From the NCBI GenBank assembly GCA_039818205.1, contig JBCBUK010000009.1, forward strand, positions 128,001-192,000: 64,000 nucleotides of DNA, written 5' to 3'. Position numbers and translations under genes: made by a program. Below, in pieces: positions 9,187-18,922 of this stretch. The notes beneath the pieces were generated by a model. It was not told the DNA's origin. It made no database searches and saw only the letters and a list, made by a program, of their open reading frames with translations. The stretch's first letter is position 1. Each line of letters starts with the position of its first letter. This DNA comes from Verrucomicrobiota bacterium. GTDB lineage: Bacteria; Verrucomicrobiota; Verrucomicrobiia; Opitutales; Cerasicoccaceae.

Positions 9187-10152
9187 ATGACAGTCGGTCA
9201 ACAGATCCAACAATCGCTCTCGAGAAGCGCAATTTTCTTCGGCTATCTGGGGATTCTGGCGAGTTTGATGGGCTTCCTCTCGCAGTTGCATTGGTTCCTG
9301 GCCTTGGCTTCTCATTTCCGCATCCAGTATGCGCTGGGTTTGGCTATTCTTGGATTGTTGTTACTGATTTTTCGGCGTTGGGTGAATGCGGCGATCATCC
9401 TGGTTTTTGCGGTGATCAACGGCTTTCTGTTGGTCCCGCTGTTTGTGGGAGGAAGTTTTGAATCAACACACGATGGGCCGATCCTGCGGGTGATGGCCTA
9501 CAACGTAAACACCTCGCAAGGAAAGCCACAGGAGGCAAAGCAGGTCATCGAAAGCTTTGATCCCGATGTGCTCGTATTAGCCGAAGTGAGTGCTCGTTGG
9601 TTGGGAGAGCTTAAGCCGCTGCTCGAGAAATATCCCTACTCGCGAGCGGTTCCGCGGGATGACAATTTTGGCATCGGGCTTTACAGCAAGTTTCCATTGG
9701 AGGAGATCGCGGTGGAATATCTGGCGGCGGCGAGTGTGCCAACCATCATGGCCGACGTTGAATGGGCAGGCGATAAGGTGCGCGTGATTGCCACGCATCC
9801 TTTGCCGCCAATCGGTGGTCAGTATTCTTGGAACCGCAATCAGCAGATCCTTGAGCTCTCTTCGATGGTTCCGCAATCGGGACCCACACTCGTAGTCGGG
9901 GATTTGAACATCACGCGTTGGGATGCGAATTTTGCGCCGTTGTTGAAGCATCCGCGCCTCAACGACAGTTCGGTCGGGCAGGGCTGGCAACCCACTTGGC
10001 CGGCGGGTGTGTGGCCGTTGATGATACCGATTGACCATGCGTTCTATAGTGACGAGCTGGTTCTTGTGAACCGCGAGGTGGGTCCGGCGGGTGGTTCAGA
10101 TCACTTGCCAGTGATCATTGATGTCGGGCTGAAAGCGCCGACTGTCGATTGA
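9187..10152 (+). CDS. Endonuclease/exonuclease/phosphatase family membrane protein
   Basis: Three N-terminal TM helices, MAYNV, GDLN, IDH and GSDHLPV. Confidence 0.9.
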   Translation: MTVGQQIQQSLSRSAIFFGYLGILASLMGFLSQLHWFLALASHFRIQYALGLAILGLLLLIFRRWVNAAIILVFAVINGFLLVPLFVGGSFESTHDGPILRVMAYNVNTSQGKPQEAKQVIESFDPDVLVLAEVSARWLGELKPLLEKYPYSRAVPRDDNFGIGLYSKFPLEEIAVEYLAAASVPTIMADVEWAGDKVRVIATHPLPPIGGQYSWNRNQQILELSSMVPQSGPTLVVGDLNITRWDANFAPLLKHPRLNDSSVGQGWQPTWPAGVWPLMIPIDHAFYSDELVLVNREVGPAGGSDHLPVIIDVGLKAPTVD

Positions 10153-10192
10153 GCGCTTGCACTGGCGCGGGTGCGCACATTGCATGGTTCCG

Positions 10193-11095
10193 ATGGAGCC
10201 TATCCAGTTCTACAATCGCTATACTCAACAAATCGAAACCGAGCAGGTGTTTGGTGAATCCTGGCTAGCCTGGGCGTATGAGTCACCCATGGGAAAGCTA
10301 ACGGTTGAGCTCGCCGCGAAGCGGGCTTGGTTTTCGCGTTGGTATGGGTGGAAAATGAATCGGCGTTCCAGTGCTGCTCAAATTTTTCCGTTTATTGAAG
10401 ACTACGGCTTGGACATCGCAGAGTTTTTGAAGCCGCCGGATGCCTTTGACTGCTTCAACGATTTTTTCTTTCGGCAACTCAAGCCCGAGGCGCGCCCGAT
10501 CGATGAGGATCCCGCCAGTGTGGTTTTCCCGGCCGATGGTCGACACTTTGGCTGGGCGGATTCCTCCAAGATCGATCAGGTATTTGTGAAGGGACAAACC
10601 TTTGATCTTGAGGCCCTGTTGGCTGACGCGGAATTGGCGGAACGATTCCGGGGTGGGGCGATGGTGCTGTCTCGATTGTGCCCGGTTGACTATCATCGAT
10701 TTCATTTTCCAGCCGCTGGCGTGCCCGGTGCTCCCCGGGAGGTCACCCGCCGGATTGAGGGCCCGCTCTATTCCGTTAACCCCGTCGCGTTGCGGCAGCG
10801 TCTATCGATCATGTGGACGAATTTGCGTGAGGTCACGATTCTCCATTCCGACGAGCACGGAGACGTAGCCTTGGTTGAGGTCGGTGCAACCTGCGTTGGC
10901 AGCATTGTCCAAACACACGTGCCTGGTCAATGGGTTGGGAAGGGCGGTGAAAAGGGATACTTCGCGTTTGGTGGCTCAAGCACGATCACGCTGTTTGAGC
11001 CGGGGCGGGTTCGCTTGGCAGACGACTTGTTAGAGCAAACGACTGCTGGTCGAGAACTTTATGCGCGCATGGGCGATCAGATGGGCTCTCAATAA
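10193..11095 (+). CDS. psd: Phosphatidylserine decarboxylase proenzyme
   Basis: FNDFFFRQLKPEARP, RLCPVDYHRFHFP, VGATCVGSI and FAFGGSST self-cleavage motif. Confidence 0.93.
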   Translation: MEPIQFYNRYTQQIETEQVFGESWLAWAYESPMGKLTVELAAKRAWFSRWYGWKMNRRSSAAQIFPFIEDYGLDIAEFLKPPDAFDCFNDFFFRQLKPEARPIDEDPASVVFPADGRHFGWADSSKIDQVFVKGQTFDLEALLADAELAERFRGGAMVLSRLCPVDYHRFHFPAAGVPGAPREVTRRIEGPLYSVNPVALRQRLSIMWTNLREVTILHSDEHGDVALVEVGATCVGSIVQTHVPGQWVGKGGEKGYFAFGGSSTITLFEPGRVRLADDLLEQTTAGRELYARMGDQMGSQ

Positions 11096-11156
11096 AGTTT
11101 TCGGTGATCGTTTATTAGCGGGAATAGGTCGCCGAGTAGGCGCTCTTATTGTTGTC

Positions 11157-11711
11157 ATGAACGATGTAGTTACAATCGCGGCCCTGAAGCGTGAGCGGGA
11201 AGTCAATCACCTGAGGGATTGCTATTATTTATCTCGCAACGGCAAGATGGTTGACCGACCCCTGTCGTTGACCTCCGTTGAACTCTCGCTTCAAGCGGAT
11301 CCGAAATCGACCTACACGGTAATCCATGCCGATCAGGTAAATGCGCCGATGCAAAAATGGCGCAAGCTAACCCTTCGCAGCGGTATTCGACTGCCTTCGA
11401 AAGGGAACACCTCGTTTTATGTGGCGAACAAGAAATCCAGCCATGAACCCAGTGAGAAAACGACGCAGGAAGCGTCACTGTGCATGCTTGAGCAACGTGT
11501 TGAGGCGTGTGAGGAGCACCAGTCAGCAATGATTGATTCAATCCAACGTCTGCAGTCGGCGATCGACACCTTGAGCCGACAGGATGAATCGGGCGTGTTG
11601 AGCTCGGAGATTCATGCCGCGCGGAGTCACTTGAATGAGCTCCACACGGCGCTTTGGCGCGACCGGCAAGAACTGGAAGAGCTGGGCTCAGACGTTCGTG
11701 GTGTCGCCTGA
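11157..11711 (+). CDS. Hypothetical protein: possible degenerate GYF-like N-domain + coiled coil
   Basis: YYLSRNGKMVDRPLS...W resembles the start of GYF_2; heptad-rich C-terminus. Confidence 0.5.
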   Translation: MNDVVTIAALKREREVNHLRDCYYLSRNGKMVDRPLSLTSVELSLQADPKSTYTVIHADQVNAPMQKWRKLTLRSGIRLPSKGNTSFYVANKKSSHEPSEKTTQEASLCMLEQRVEACEEHQSAMIDSIQRLQSAIDTLSRQDESGVLSSEIHAARSHLNELHTALWRDRQELEELGSDVRGVA

Positions 11712-11864
11712 AAAAGTTTTTTTGATAGATTAGGATAAAGTAGGATAGCATACGTGAGGCCTGCCGGACAGAGGACGGCAGGCCTCGTTTTCGGGGAACT
11801 GTTTTCGGTGATGCAATTTTTTCGTGCATTGGCGGGAAAAAATTGCTGGAAACTAGGGTTGAGG

Positions 11865-12602
11865 ATGAAAGTTTCCCAAGCACAACATTACTTTCAGCAA
11901 CCCGAGGTCGTGCAGAACTATGCGTTGGCCGTTTCGCGGGTGGGCTTATGGATTAGCGAAGAACGGATTTTCCAGCGGGTATTTTCCGCAGAGCAGTCGA
12001 TCCTGGAACTGGGATGTGGCGCTGGCCGAATAGCCTTTGGTTTGTGGGAACTTGGCTATAAAAAGGTCTTAGCCACCGATTACTGCAAGGAGATGGTCGC
12101 GGAGGCGCGCCGGCTGAACAAAATCCTGGAGTATGGCGTACCCGTCCAGCAGGCCGATGCGATTCGGTTGGAATTCGAGGATGGATCCTTTGACGGCGCA
12201 ATTTTTGGATTTAACGGCTTGATGCAGATCCCTGGTCGGGAAAATCGTCTGCAAGCCATGAAAGAAGTTTCTCGGGTGCTCAAACCTGAGAGTTGGTTTG
12301 TCTTCACGGGCCACGATCGTAACCGCCATGGCCGCAAGAGCTTCTGGAAGGAAGAACGTAAGACCTGGATGAAGGGGCGGCAGCATCCGCAAATCGAGGA
12401 ATTCGGCGATCTCTACTACGAAGGAGACGAAGGCCACTGGATGTTTATCCACGCCGCGGACTCCCGCGAGGTAAAAGCTGACCTTGCTGAGGCGGGGTTC
12501 CGAGTCGAGGTTTCGGCCCTGCGTTCGGAAATTTGTATGGAACCACCTGAGGTCCGGGATTTCTCAGATGATACACGCTTTTGGGTTGTCCAAAAAACTT
12601 GA
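11865..12602 (+). CDS. Class I SAM-dependent methyltransferase
   Basis: ILELGCGAGR, DAIRLEFEDGSFD and RVLKP. Confidence 0.9.
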   Translation: MKVSQAQHYFQQPEVVQNYALAVSRVGLWISEERIFQRVFSAEQSILELGCGAGRIAFGLWELGYKKVLATDYCKEMVAEARRLNKILEYGVPVQQADAIRLEFEDGSFDGAIFGFNGLMQIPGRENRLQAMKEVSRVLKPESWFVFTGHDRNRHGRKSFWKEERKTWMKGRQHPQIEEFGDLYYEGDEGHWMFIHAADSREVKADLAEAGFRVEVSALRSEICMEPPEVRDFSDDTRFWVVQKT

Positions 12603-12701
12603 TCGAAGTCCGGCATGAAACCTCAACAAATCCGGGCTTCACATTTACTCGTTTGCCTTTAAGTTTCCCACCTTCGCTTGTTGACCATCAAATTTATACA
12701 C

Positions 12702-13427
12702 ATGAGACACTCCACAATTGCCGTAATTGCTATGACCATGCTTTGTTCGCTGACTTTGTCGGCGGAATCTGTTGACGCGTTCATCCAGAAGGTGCGGTCG
12801 CAATTGGGCACTGAAGACGCGCTCAACTCGGTCAAATCGATTCACTATAAGGGCAAGGTGATCTCGCCAACCGGTGAGGAGTCCTCTGAGCTGGAGCTGA
12901 TATTTCAGGCACCGAACTATCAGCTTCTGCGCGAGACCAATGAGAAGGCAGTGAACCAAACTGCGGTGAATGGATATGAAGGTTATGTGATGTCTTACTC
13001 CGTTGCTGACCCAAACCAGAAGGTGATCCGCGTTTTGGCTCCCGCGCAAGTGAAGCGGCTCATGGCGAATGCGGTGGAAAATTTGAATTTTTTCAATGGT
13101 CCTAAGAAGATGCGCAAAGCGATTATTGAGGACGGTGGCCAGGTTGACTACAACGGGCAAACCGTCCGTAAGCTTGTTTTTGATTATCCCGTGTCGGGCC
13201 TTTCCTATACTCGCTATTTTGATCCAAAATCGGGCAAGCTCCTGGCAACAACCAGCAGCGATGGACTGACCATGGTAGAAAAGAGCTCATTGGTTGTCGA
13301 CGGCGTTAAGTTTCCAAAATCCGTCGATACCTATGATGACACGGGTGCTCTGCTGCGCACGGTCGAGTTTGATACGGTGATTGTTAACGGCGATATTGCA
13401 CCGGACGCCTTTGATTTCCCCAACTGA
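12702..13427 (+). CDS. Exported LolA-like/outer-membrane lipoprotein-sorting family protein
   Basis: Signal peptide, GTEDALNSVKSI, YFDPKSGKL, VDGVKFP and a C-terminal VN..I...F.FP. Confidence 0.6.
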   Translation: MRHSTIAVIAMTMLCSLTLSAESVDAFIQKVRSQLGTEDALNSVKSIHYKGKVISPTGEESSELELIFQAPNYQLLRETNEKAVNQTAVNGYEGYVMSYSVADPNQKVIRVLAPAQVKRLMANAVENLNFFNGPKKMRKAIIEDGGQVDYNGQTVRKLVFDYPVSGLSYTRYFDPKSGKLLATTSSDGLTMVEKSSLVVDGVKFPKSVDTYDDTGALLRTVEFDTVIVNGDIAPDAFDFPN

Positions 13428-13505
13428 GCCTGAAGCTTAGAGAAATCGGCAGTTTCTTGTTTTCCCGGTTGCGCGTATTCCGGGTCGTGATCATCGTATG
13501 GGTCA

Positions 13506-14801
13506 ATGAAAGTATTGGAATACGGTCAACGGGGATTTCAGTCGAAGCTCAACAAAGCTTGCCCGGCCTTTAAGGCGTCGGACGACATTGCTGAAACCGT
13601 TCGTCAAATTATTGCGGAGGTCGCTCAGGAAGGTGACCGGGCGGTGTTTCGCTACACCGCAAAGTTTGACCAAGCAACGATTAGCCCACGCACGCTGAAG
13701 GTTCAAGAAAACGAACTGGCCGAGGCACCCAAGTCGCTTACCGCCGCGCAGCGCAAGGCAATCCGCGAGTCAATCAAGTGTGTTCGTGATTTTCACAAGA
13801 AGACGCTACCGAAGAGCTGGCAGGATAAGAACCCGCACGGTGCCACGGTTGGCGAAGCATTTTACCCAATCCAGAGAGTCGGCCTTTACGTTCCTGGTGG
13901 GCAGGTTCCACTCGTATCCACGGTGATCATGAGCGCGGTACTGGCCAAACTTGCTGGCTGTCCGGAGATCGTCGTTTGCACGCCTCCACAGGCGGATGGT
14001 ACGGTCAACCCCAGCCTCTTGGCTGCTTTGCAGCTATGTGGCGTTGAGGAAGTCTACAAGATTGGTGGGGTGCAGGCGATTGCTGCGATGGCGCTGGGAA
14101 CAAAACTGGTGCCAGCCGTCGACAAAGTATTTGGCCCGGGCAATGCCTACGTGATGGAGGCCAAGCGCGCGCTATTTGGCCAGGTCGGTGTTGATCTTTT
14201 GCCGGGTCCAAGTGAGGTGCTTGTCATTGGCGATGAGACTGCTGATCCCGCCTACATTGCCGCAGACTTGTTGGCGCAGGCGGAACACGGTACCGGCAAG
14301 GAGAAGGTTTATTTGATCGTCACGGACCGGGCTCAATATGACGCCGTCGCGGCCGAGGTGAAAGAGCAGGCCAAGACACTTAGCCATCGTGATGCGGCGC
14401 TTGGAGTTCTTAAAACGCATGGCTTGTGCGTCATCGCGGATGACTTGGATGCCATCGCGGAGGTTGCGAATTTTATCGCACCCGAGCACATGGAACTTCA
14501 GGTGAAGCCAGCTTGGCAGAAAGCGTTGATGAAATCCATTACCACCGCTGGCGCGATGTTGATGGGTAGTGATACACCGACGGTGCTTGGCGATTTCACC
14601 GCGGGCCCAAGTCACACTTTACCAACCGATCGCACGGGCCGCTTTTTTGGCGGTATGCAGGTAACTGATTACATGCGGCGAACTAGCATCGTTAAGTACG
14701 ATCGAAAATCGGCTGCTCAAGCCTTACCGATTGTCCAGGCCTTCGCGGATATGGAACAGTTGGACGCCCACGGCCGCAGCCTCGAGATTCGCGTCAAATA
14801 G
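13506..14801 (+). CDS. hisD: Histidinol dehydrogenase
   Basis: GLYVPGG, GPGNAYV, GPSEV, DLLAQAEH, APEH and GPSHTLPT. Confidence 0.97.
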   Translation: MKVLEYGQRGFQSKLNKACPAFKASDDIAETVRQIIAEVAQEGDRAVFRYTAKFDQATISPRTLKVQENELAEAPKSLTAAQRKAIRESIKCVRDFHKKTLPKSWQDKNPHGATVGEAFYPIQRVGLYVPGGQVPLVSTVIMSAVLAKLAGCPEIVVCTPPQADGTVNPSLLAALQLCGVEEVYKIGGVQAIAAMALGTKLVPAVDKVFGPGNAYVMEAKRALFGQVGVDLLPGPSEVLVIGDETADPAYIAADLLAQAEHGTGKEKVYLIVTDRAQYDAVAAEVKEQAKTLSHRDAALGVLKTHGLCVIADDLDAIAEVANFIAPEHMELQVKPAWQKALMKSITTAGAMLMGSDTPTVLGDFTAGPSHTLPTDRTGRFFGGMQVTDYMRRTSIVKYDRKSAAQALPIVQAFADMEQLDAHGRSLEIRVK

Positions 14802-14809
14802 GACAAACC

Positions 14810-15781
14810 ATGACCTCCCGCCACCCGTCACTTCGTCTGCTCTTTTTGCTTGGAATCGCGAGTTGTGGTTTGCTCGTAGCAGATGATAAAGCGCCCGTTG
14901 GAAACGGTGGGCCTGGCATCCAGATTCAGTTCCTCGAGCCTGAAGCCGAGGAAGCAGCTGTTGAGGAGGAGCGCGAGCTGGATACCGAGCTGATCCCGGA
15001 CCGCGACTATGTCTTTTCTCTGCTGCGGTATCTCTATCGATGGCATATCGATGCTCCGATGCTCGAGGAGGATCTGGAAACGATTGATCACGTCACCATT
15101 GGTTACCGTGAACTTTATCCGGAGACTGACGAAACTGACCATAGCCGGTTTGCGGAAATTGTCGTTCCACTCGCTCGGACGCGGGTCACGCTCAAACGCG
15201 CGGATTATTCCATTGAGGAGCTGGACCTCGAGGTCACGAATCAGGACTTTAACGTGGTCGACGTTCTCTATGATCGCGACTTTGAATGGGACCCTGAAGA
15301 CTATGCGATCCAAGTCTATACCCGCGAGGAGATGTTCGATTGGCTCCATGAAACGCGCAATGATCGACTCTTCCCGGGGAAAGATCTGTTGAAGCTCATT
15401 CGGGCGGAGGTTCGGCGAGAGGTTCAGGCTGAACGCCCGGATTTGGTTAATCCCGACGCACCTCAGGTTGTATTTTTGGCTCCGGCGTCACCTGTTATCA
15501 ATGAGGTTTGGATTTACTGGGAGAGCGGTCATCACCTGGTGCACTTTACCTCCGATGACGACCTGGCAGATATTGATACCTGGAACAATCGCCTACACCG
15601 CGTTGAGCTTCTGGATCTCCGGGAGGATGTTGTGGTCTCCGCGTTGGAGAAGCCCGGTAGCAATGCCTACATTACCAAAGACTGGGCGGGCCGGGTGTTG
15701 TTCAACTGCATCGTGTTGGGAGCAAAACTGATTTTGCCGCCGATCGACTCGGACGACCAGACTGCCATCGTGGTCGACTAG
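14810..15781 (+). CDS. Hypothetical exported acidic protein
   Basis: 323-aa ORF starting 8 nt after hisD, with a signal peptide. Confidence 0.7.
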   Translation: MTSRHPSLRLLFLLGIASCGLLVADDKAPVGNGGPGIQIQFLEPEAEEAAVEEERELDTELIPDRDYVFSLLRYLYRWHIDAPMLEEDLETIDHVTIGYRELYPETDETDHSRFAEIVVPLARTRVTLKRADYSIEELDLEVTNQDFNVVDVLYDRDFEWDPEDYAIQVYTREEMFDWLHETRNDRLFPGKDLLKLIRAEVRREVQAERPDLVNPDAPQVVFLAPASPVINEVWIYWESGHHLVHFTSDDDLADIDTWNNRLHRVELLDLREDVVVSALEKPGSNAYITKDWAGRVLFNCIVLGAKLILPPIDSDDQTAIVVD

Positions 15782-16234
15782 TTACGCAGTTTCCGCTTGT
15801 TTGACGGGCGGTTTACTCTTGGGCTTGGAGGGAGTCCGCTCTTCGTCGACTTCGGCCACAGCGGTCAAGGCAGACATCACAGCCAGCGTTAGATCGCCCG
15901 CCAGCTTTTTCGCGAGGATCTCGATACCTGGTAGATTGGCTTTCTTGCGGGCGGCGACCGCAACCGCACCTTCACGTCCGCGAATCATGTGGATTGCCAG
16001 GCTTCCGCGACTATGGGTATCCAGCTTTTCCAAGCTGATCGACTCGCGTTTGTCCTGGTAATATTTGAGCACGTACTTGCCCGCATCTTCGGCCTCGGTG
16101 AGTCCGGGGTAGGTCATACTGGCGAAGGTGTCGCCGTTGATGTCCATCACAAACACCCCAATCACGTCGGAGACGTCAAATAGGGTTCGCACGCGCTTTT
16201 CCACTTTGGAAATTGCTGACACGCCTTCCAGCAA
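15782..16234 (-). CDS. Roadblock/LAMTOR2 (MglB-like) domain protein
   Basis: DVIGVFVMDINGDTFAS...AVAVAARKKANLPGIEILAKKLA fits the roadblock topology; start codon uncertain. Confidence 0.5.
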   Translation of the reverse strand: MLEGVSAISKVEKRVRTLFDVSDVIGVFVMDINGDTFASMTYPGLTEAEDAGKYVLKYYQDKRESISLEKLDTHSRGSLAIHMIRGREGAVAVAARKKANLPGIEILAKKLAGDLTLAVMSALTAVAEVDEERTPSKPKSKPPVKQAETA

Positions 16235-16258
16235 AGCTAAATTCGTGCCACTAGGGGG

Positions 16259-17827
16259 CTATCCAGCCTCATGTATTTCTGGTTGGATCGAATCATTAAG
16301 CAGGCGCTCAAGTTCGACCAAGGCTTGCTCCCGGCTGCGTGCGTTGTAGACGAACAATTCAAACTTGATTTTACCTTCCTTCCGCTCACCAAGCCAGGCG
16401 TCACGAAAGCGGTCTGGAACCTCGCGACCCACCTTCTTGTGATAGGGAAATGCTGTCCGATCCCATTGACAGTAAAAGACATAGAGTTTGGTGCTGCCGT
16501 GAACAAACTCGTAGGTGTTGAATATTAAGTCGAGACCATCTGGGCTTTTCCAGGTGTAGTCGTCCCCCTTTTTGACCAGTCGCCAACCGACATAGGGAAG
16601 GCAGGCCTCGGGGTTGTGGATGCCCCCTAGTTGGGCGGAGCGGGCATCGTCCCAGCGGAGAAAATAGGCAACCCAGCGGGTTTGGTCGGGCCCGGCCCAT
16701 TTGGCCAATTGGCCATCCTCGAAGTGCAGTATATCTTTGACCCGTTGCTCGATGGGGAAAAAGTCGACCTGGCTATTGGCTCCGTCCCAGTCGACGTTCC
16801 AGCCGTGGAAGGCCGAGCGTTGCTCGCGGGCGGAATACCAGGCGCCAACCGCTGGAATGCTCAGAATCATGGCCACAATCGCAATTATTAGCGGAATTGG
16901 GCGCGTGTAGCGGGGCTGCGATTTATCACTCGCGGGGATCATACCATCCACTGCTCGCTCCTCGATCGGGCGCAGTTTCTGCAGAATTGCCACGATTAAC
17001 AACAAGCCAACAACGCTCATGACGAAGACCAGGTATCCCGCTGGGTCGTGCCACCGGTCCTGCATGACTTCGCCGCCCTCACGCGCGGTTACAATAGTGA
17101 GCGTCAACGTGCGGACGAAATTGAACAGGATCGCGAGTAGACAGCCGGCAATGATCATCCCGATTCGCAGCGGCCAGCTAAAGCGGAGAAGCTCGCCGAG
17201 GAAATAGGCAGCCATGAGGGTCGACTGGAGTGAGCGAACGCCGCTACAGGCTTCCTGCACGCTCACGGTCCCGTTTGACAATACGATGATGTTGCCGCTG
17301 CGTTCGGCAAAGATACCGAGGAGGTTGCTCGAAACTACCACCCATCCGGCGACCAGGCTCATGAGATTGTCCACGACGGGATTTTCAATCCCGGTGGGCC
17401 AGGGAATCGCAAACAACCAATAGGCGAGGGCGGGGAGGAAATAGAATACCCAAGGTCTTCCACCCCAATGAAATATGAAAGCCAAGGTTACCAGCATGGC
17501 ACAACCACCTTGGGTCCAGCTGACCATGCGCCAGTCGGCGTTGGCATCGAATATGATCTTGAGCGGGTAGAGCGCAATAATCGACCCGACGAGCAAGACA
17601 CCAATGATCAGCGCCGATCCACGCTTGGGTGGCACGGCATCCGGGCGATCTTCCCACCGGCGAAAGAGCAGATAGGCGCCCAGGAAGGGCACGAAAAGTG
17701 CATAGCCGTATTGATCGTTAACCATCCACTCGTGGGCGAGTTGGGTCCATAACAAGACCCAAAGAAGCAGCGGGGCCGCAAGGTTTGCGGCCATTTTGAG
17801 AGAACCTGATGGTAGACTTTGCTTCAA
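16259..17827 (-). CDS. Exosortase with C-terminal EpsI-like domain
   Basis: Multi-TM; Cys/Arg/His triad motifs EACSGVRS, NFVR and WHD; HNPEACLPYVGW in the periplasmic domain. Confidence 0.9.
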   Translation of the reverse strand: MKQSLPSGSLKMAANLAAPLLLWVLLWTQLAHEWMVNDQYGYALFVPFLGAYLLFRRWEDRPDAVPPKRGSALIIGVLLVGSIIALYPLKIIFDANADWRMVSWTQGGCAMLVTLAFIFHWGGRPWVFYFLPALAYWLFAIPWPTGIENPVVDNLMSLVAGWVVVSSNLLGIFAERSGNIIVLSNGTVSVQEACSGVRSLQSTLMAAYFLGELLRFSWPLRIGMIIAGCLLAILFNFVRTLTLTIVTAREGGEVMQDRWHDPAGYLVFVMSVVGLLLIVAILQKLRPIEERAVDGMIPASDKSQPRYTRPIPLIIAIVAMILSIPAVGAWYSAREQRSAFHGWNVDWDGANSQVDFFPIEQRVKDILHFEDGQLAKWAGPDQTRWVAYFLRWDDARSAQLGGIHNPEACLPYVGWRLVKKGDDYTWKSPDGLDLIFNTYEFVHGSTKLYVFYCQWDRTAFPYHKKVGREVPDRFRDAWLGERKEGKIKFELFVYNARSREQALVELERLLNDSIQPEIHEAG

Positions 17828-17955
17828 ACGTGAGTGATTTTTGGTCCTAACAGGACAGCTTCTAAATTTTTATACGAAAATTTGAGTTGGAAATTTGCTC
17901 GTCTATTTCCTTAAATGATTGGTTTTATTCCTAACTGGCTGCAACTCAACTCATC

Positions 17956-18759
17956 ATGGAACCGAAAAAAGCGCCTCTCAAGCAGAACCGAAACACCTTC
18001 GATAAAGTCTTTGACGCCCTAATTGATTGGGTCGAAGCCCGAAACGTCCAATTTTCCGAGGTTGGAAACCCGCCAATCTATGAATCATCCGTATTCCCAT
18101 GGGCGAAAGAGATTGAAAAGGATTGGGAGAATATCCGCGAAGAACTTGAGGATGTCCTCAAGGACCGCGAACAGCTCCCAAGTTTTCATGAGATCACCAA
18201 GGAAGTCGAGACCATTACCACCGATAACAATTGGAAGACCTTCTTCCTGGCTGGATATGGCATCGAGTGCGAAGAAAACCGTCGCCGCTGTCCAAACACC
18301 GTAATGGCTCTGGAAAAGATTCCGGGTATGAAGACGGCGATGTTCTCCATTTTATCGCCAGGTAAGCACATCCCAGCGCACCGTGGGCCTTACAATGGCG
18401 TGCTACGCTACCACTTGGGATTGGTGATTCCTGAACCGCGTGAGCAGTGCAAGATCCGCGTGCACGATCAATATTACTCCTGGGCTGAAGGCGAGGGCGT
18501 TATTTTTGACGACTCTTTTGATCACGAAGTTTGGAACGACACCGATGGTGTTCGCGTTGTTTTGTTCGTCGACTTCGAGCGCCCGCTGAAGAACCCTGGT
18601 AAGATGATCAACTCACTCGTGATTAACCTGGCCAAGCACACGCCTTATTTGAAAGAGGCGAATGACAACCAGAAGAAGTGGGAAGAAAAATTCTACGCTG
18701 AGAAGAAGAAAAAGGCTGCGGAAGAGAAGGAACGTGAAACCGTCGGCGCCGATAAGTAG
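17956..18759 (+). CDS. Aspartyl/asparaginyl beta-hydroxylase (LpxO-like) Fe/2OG dioxygenase
   Basis: AMFSILSPGKHIPAHRGPYNGVLRYHLGL, FDDSFDHEVWN and RVVLFVD. Confidence 0.9.
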   Translation: MEPKKAPLKQNRNTFDKVFDALIDWVEARNVQFSEVGNPPIYESSVFPWAKEIEKDWENIREELEDVLKDREQLPSFHEITKEVETITTDNNWKTFFLAGYGIECEENRRRCPNTVMALEKIPGMKTAMFSILSPGKHIPAHRGPYNGVLRYHLGLVIPEPREQCKIRVHDQYYSWAEGEGVIFDDSFDHEVWNDTDGVRVVLFVDFERPLKNPGKMINSLVINLAKHTPYLKEANDNQKKWEEKFYAEKKKKAAEEKERETVGADK

Positions 18760-18868
18760 ACAACCGGCTCGAGCGTGCCGCTGACCGAACCTTTGGTCAT
18801 CGCGCCTTTGGATCAATCCTGAGTTATTTTAGCTCGATCGCGTGTTTGATTTTAGGCGAATGCCAACC

Positions 18869-18899
18869 AAAAGAAAGCACCCATAGCGGGTGCTTTTCT
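18869..18899. terminator. Bidirectional Rho-independent terminator
   Basis: AAAGCACCC-atagc-GGGTGCTTT with flanking A and T runs between convergent genes. Confidence 0.85.
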
Positions 18900-18922
18900 A
18901 TTGGTCAAATTCTTGGTCTAAA

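Noticed and set aside
16235..16261. TAG read-through or recoding (exosortase to roadblock, and PP2C to TM tail, are both in frame)
   Set aside because: Other TAG-ending genes (der, hisD, carA, murJ) end at their normal family C-termini; in-frame adjacency occurs one time in three by chance.
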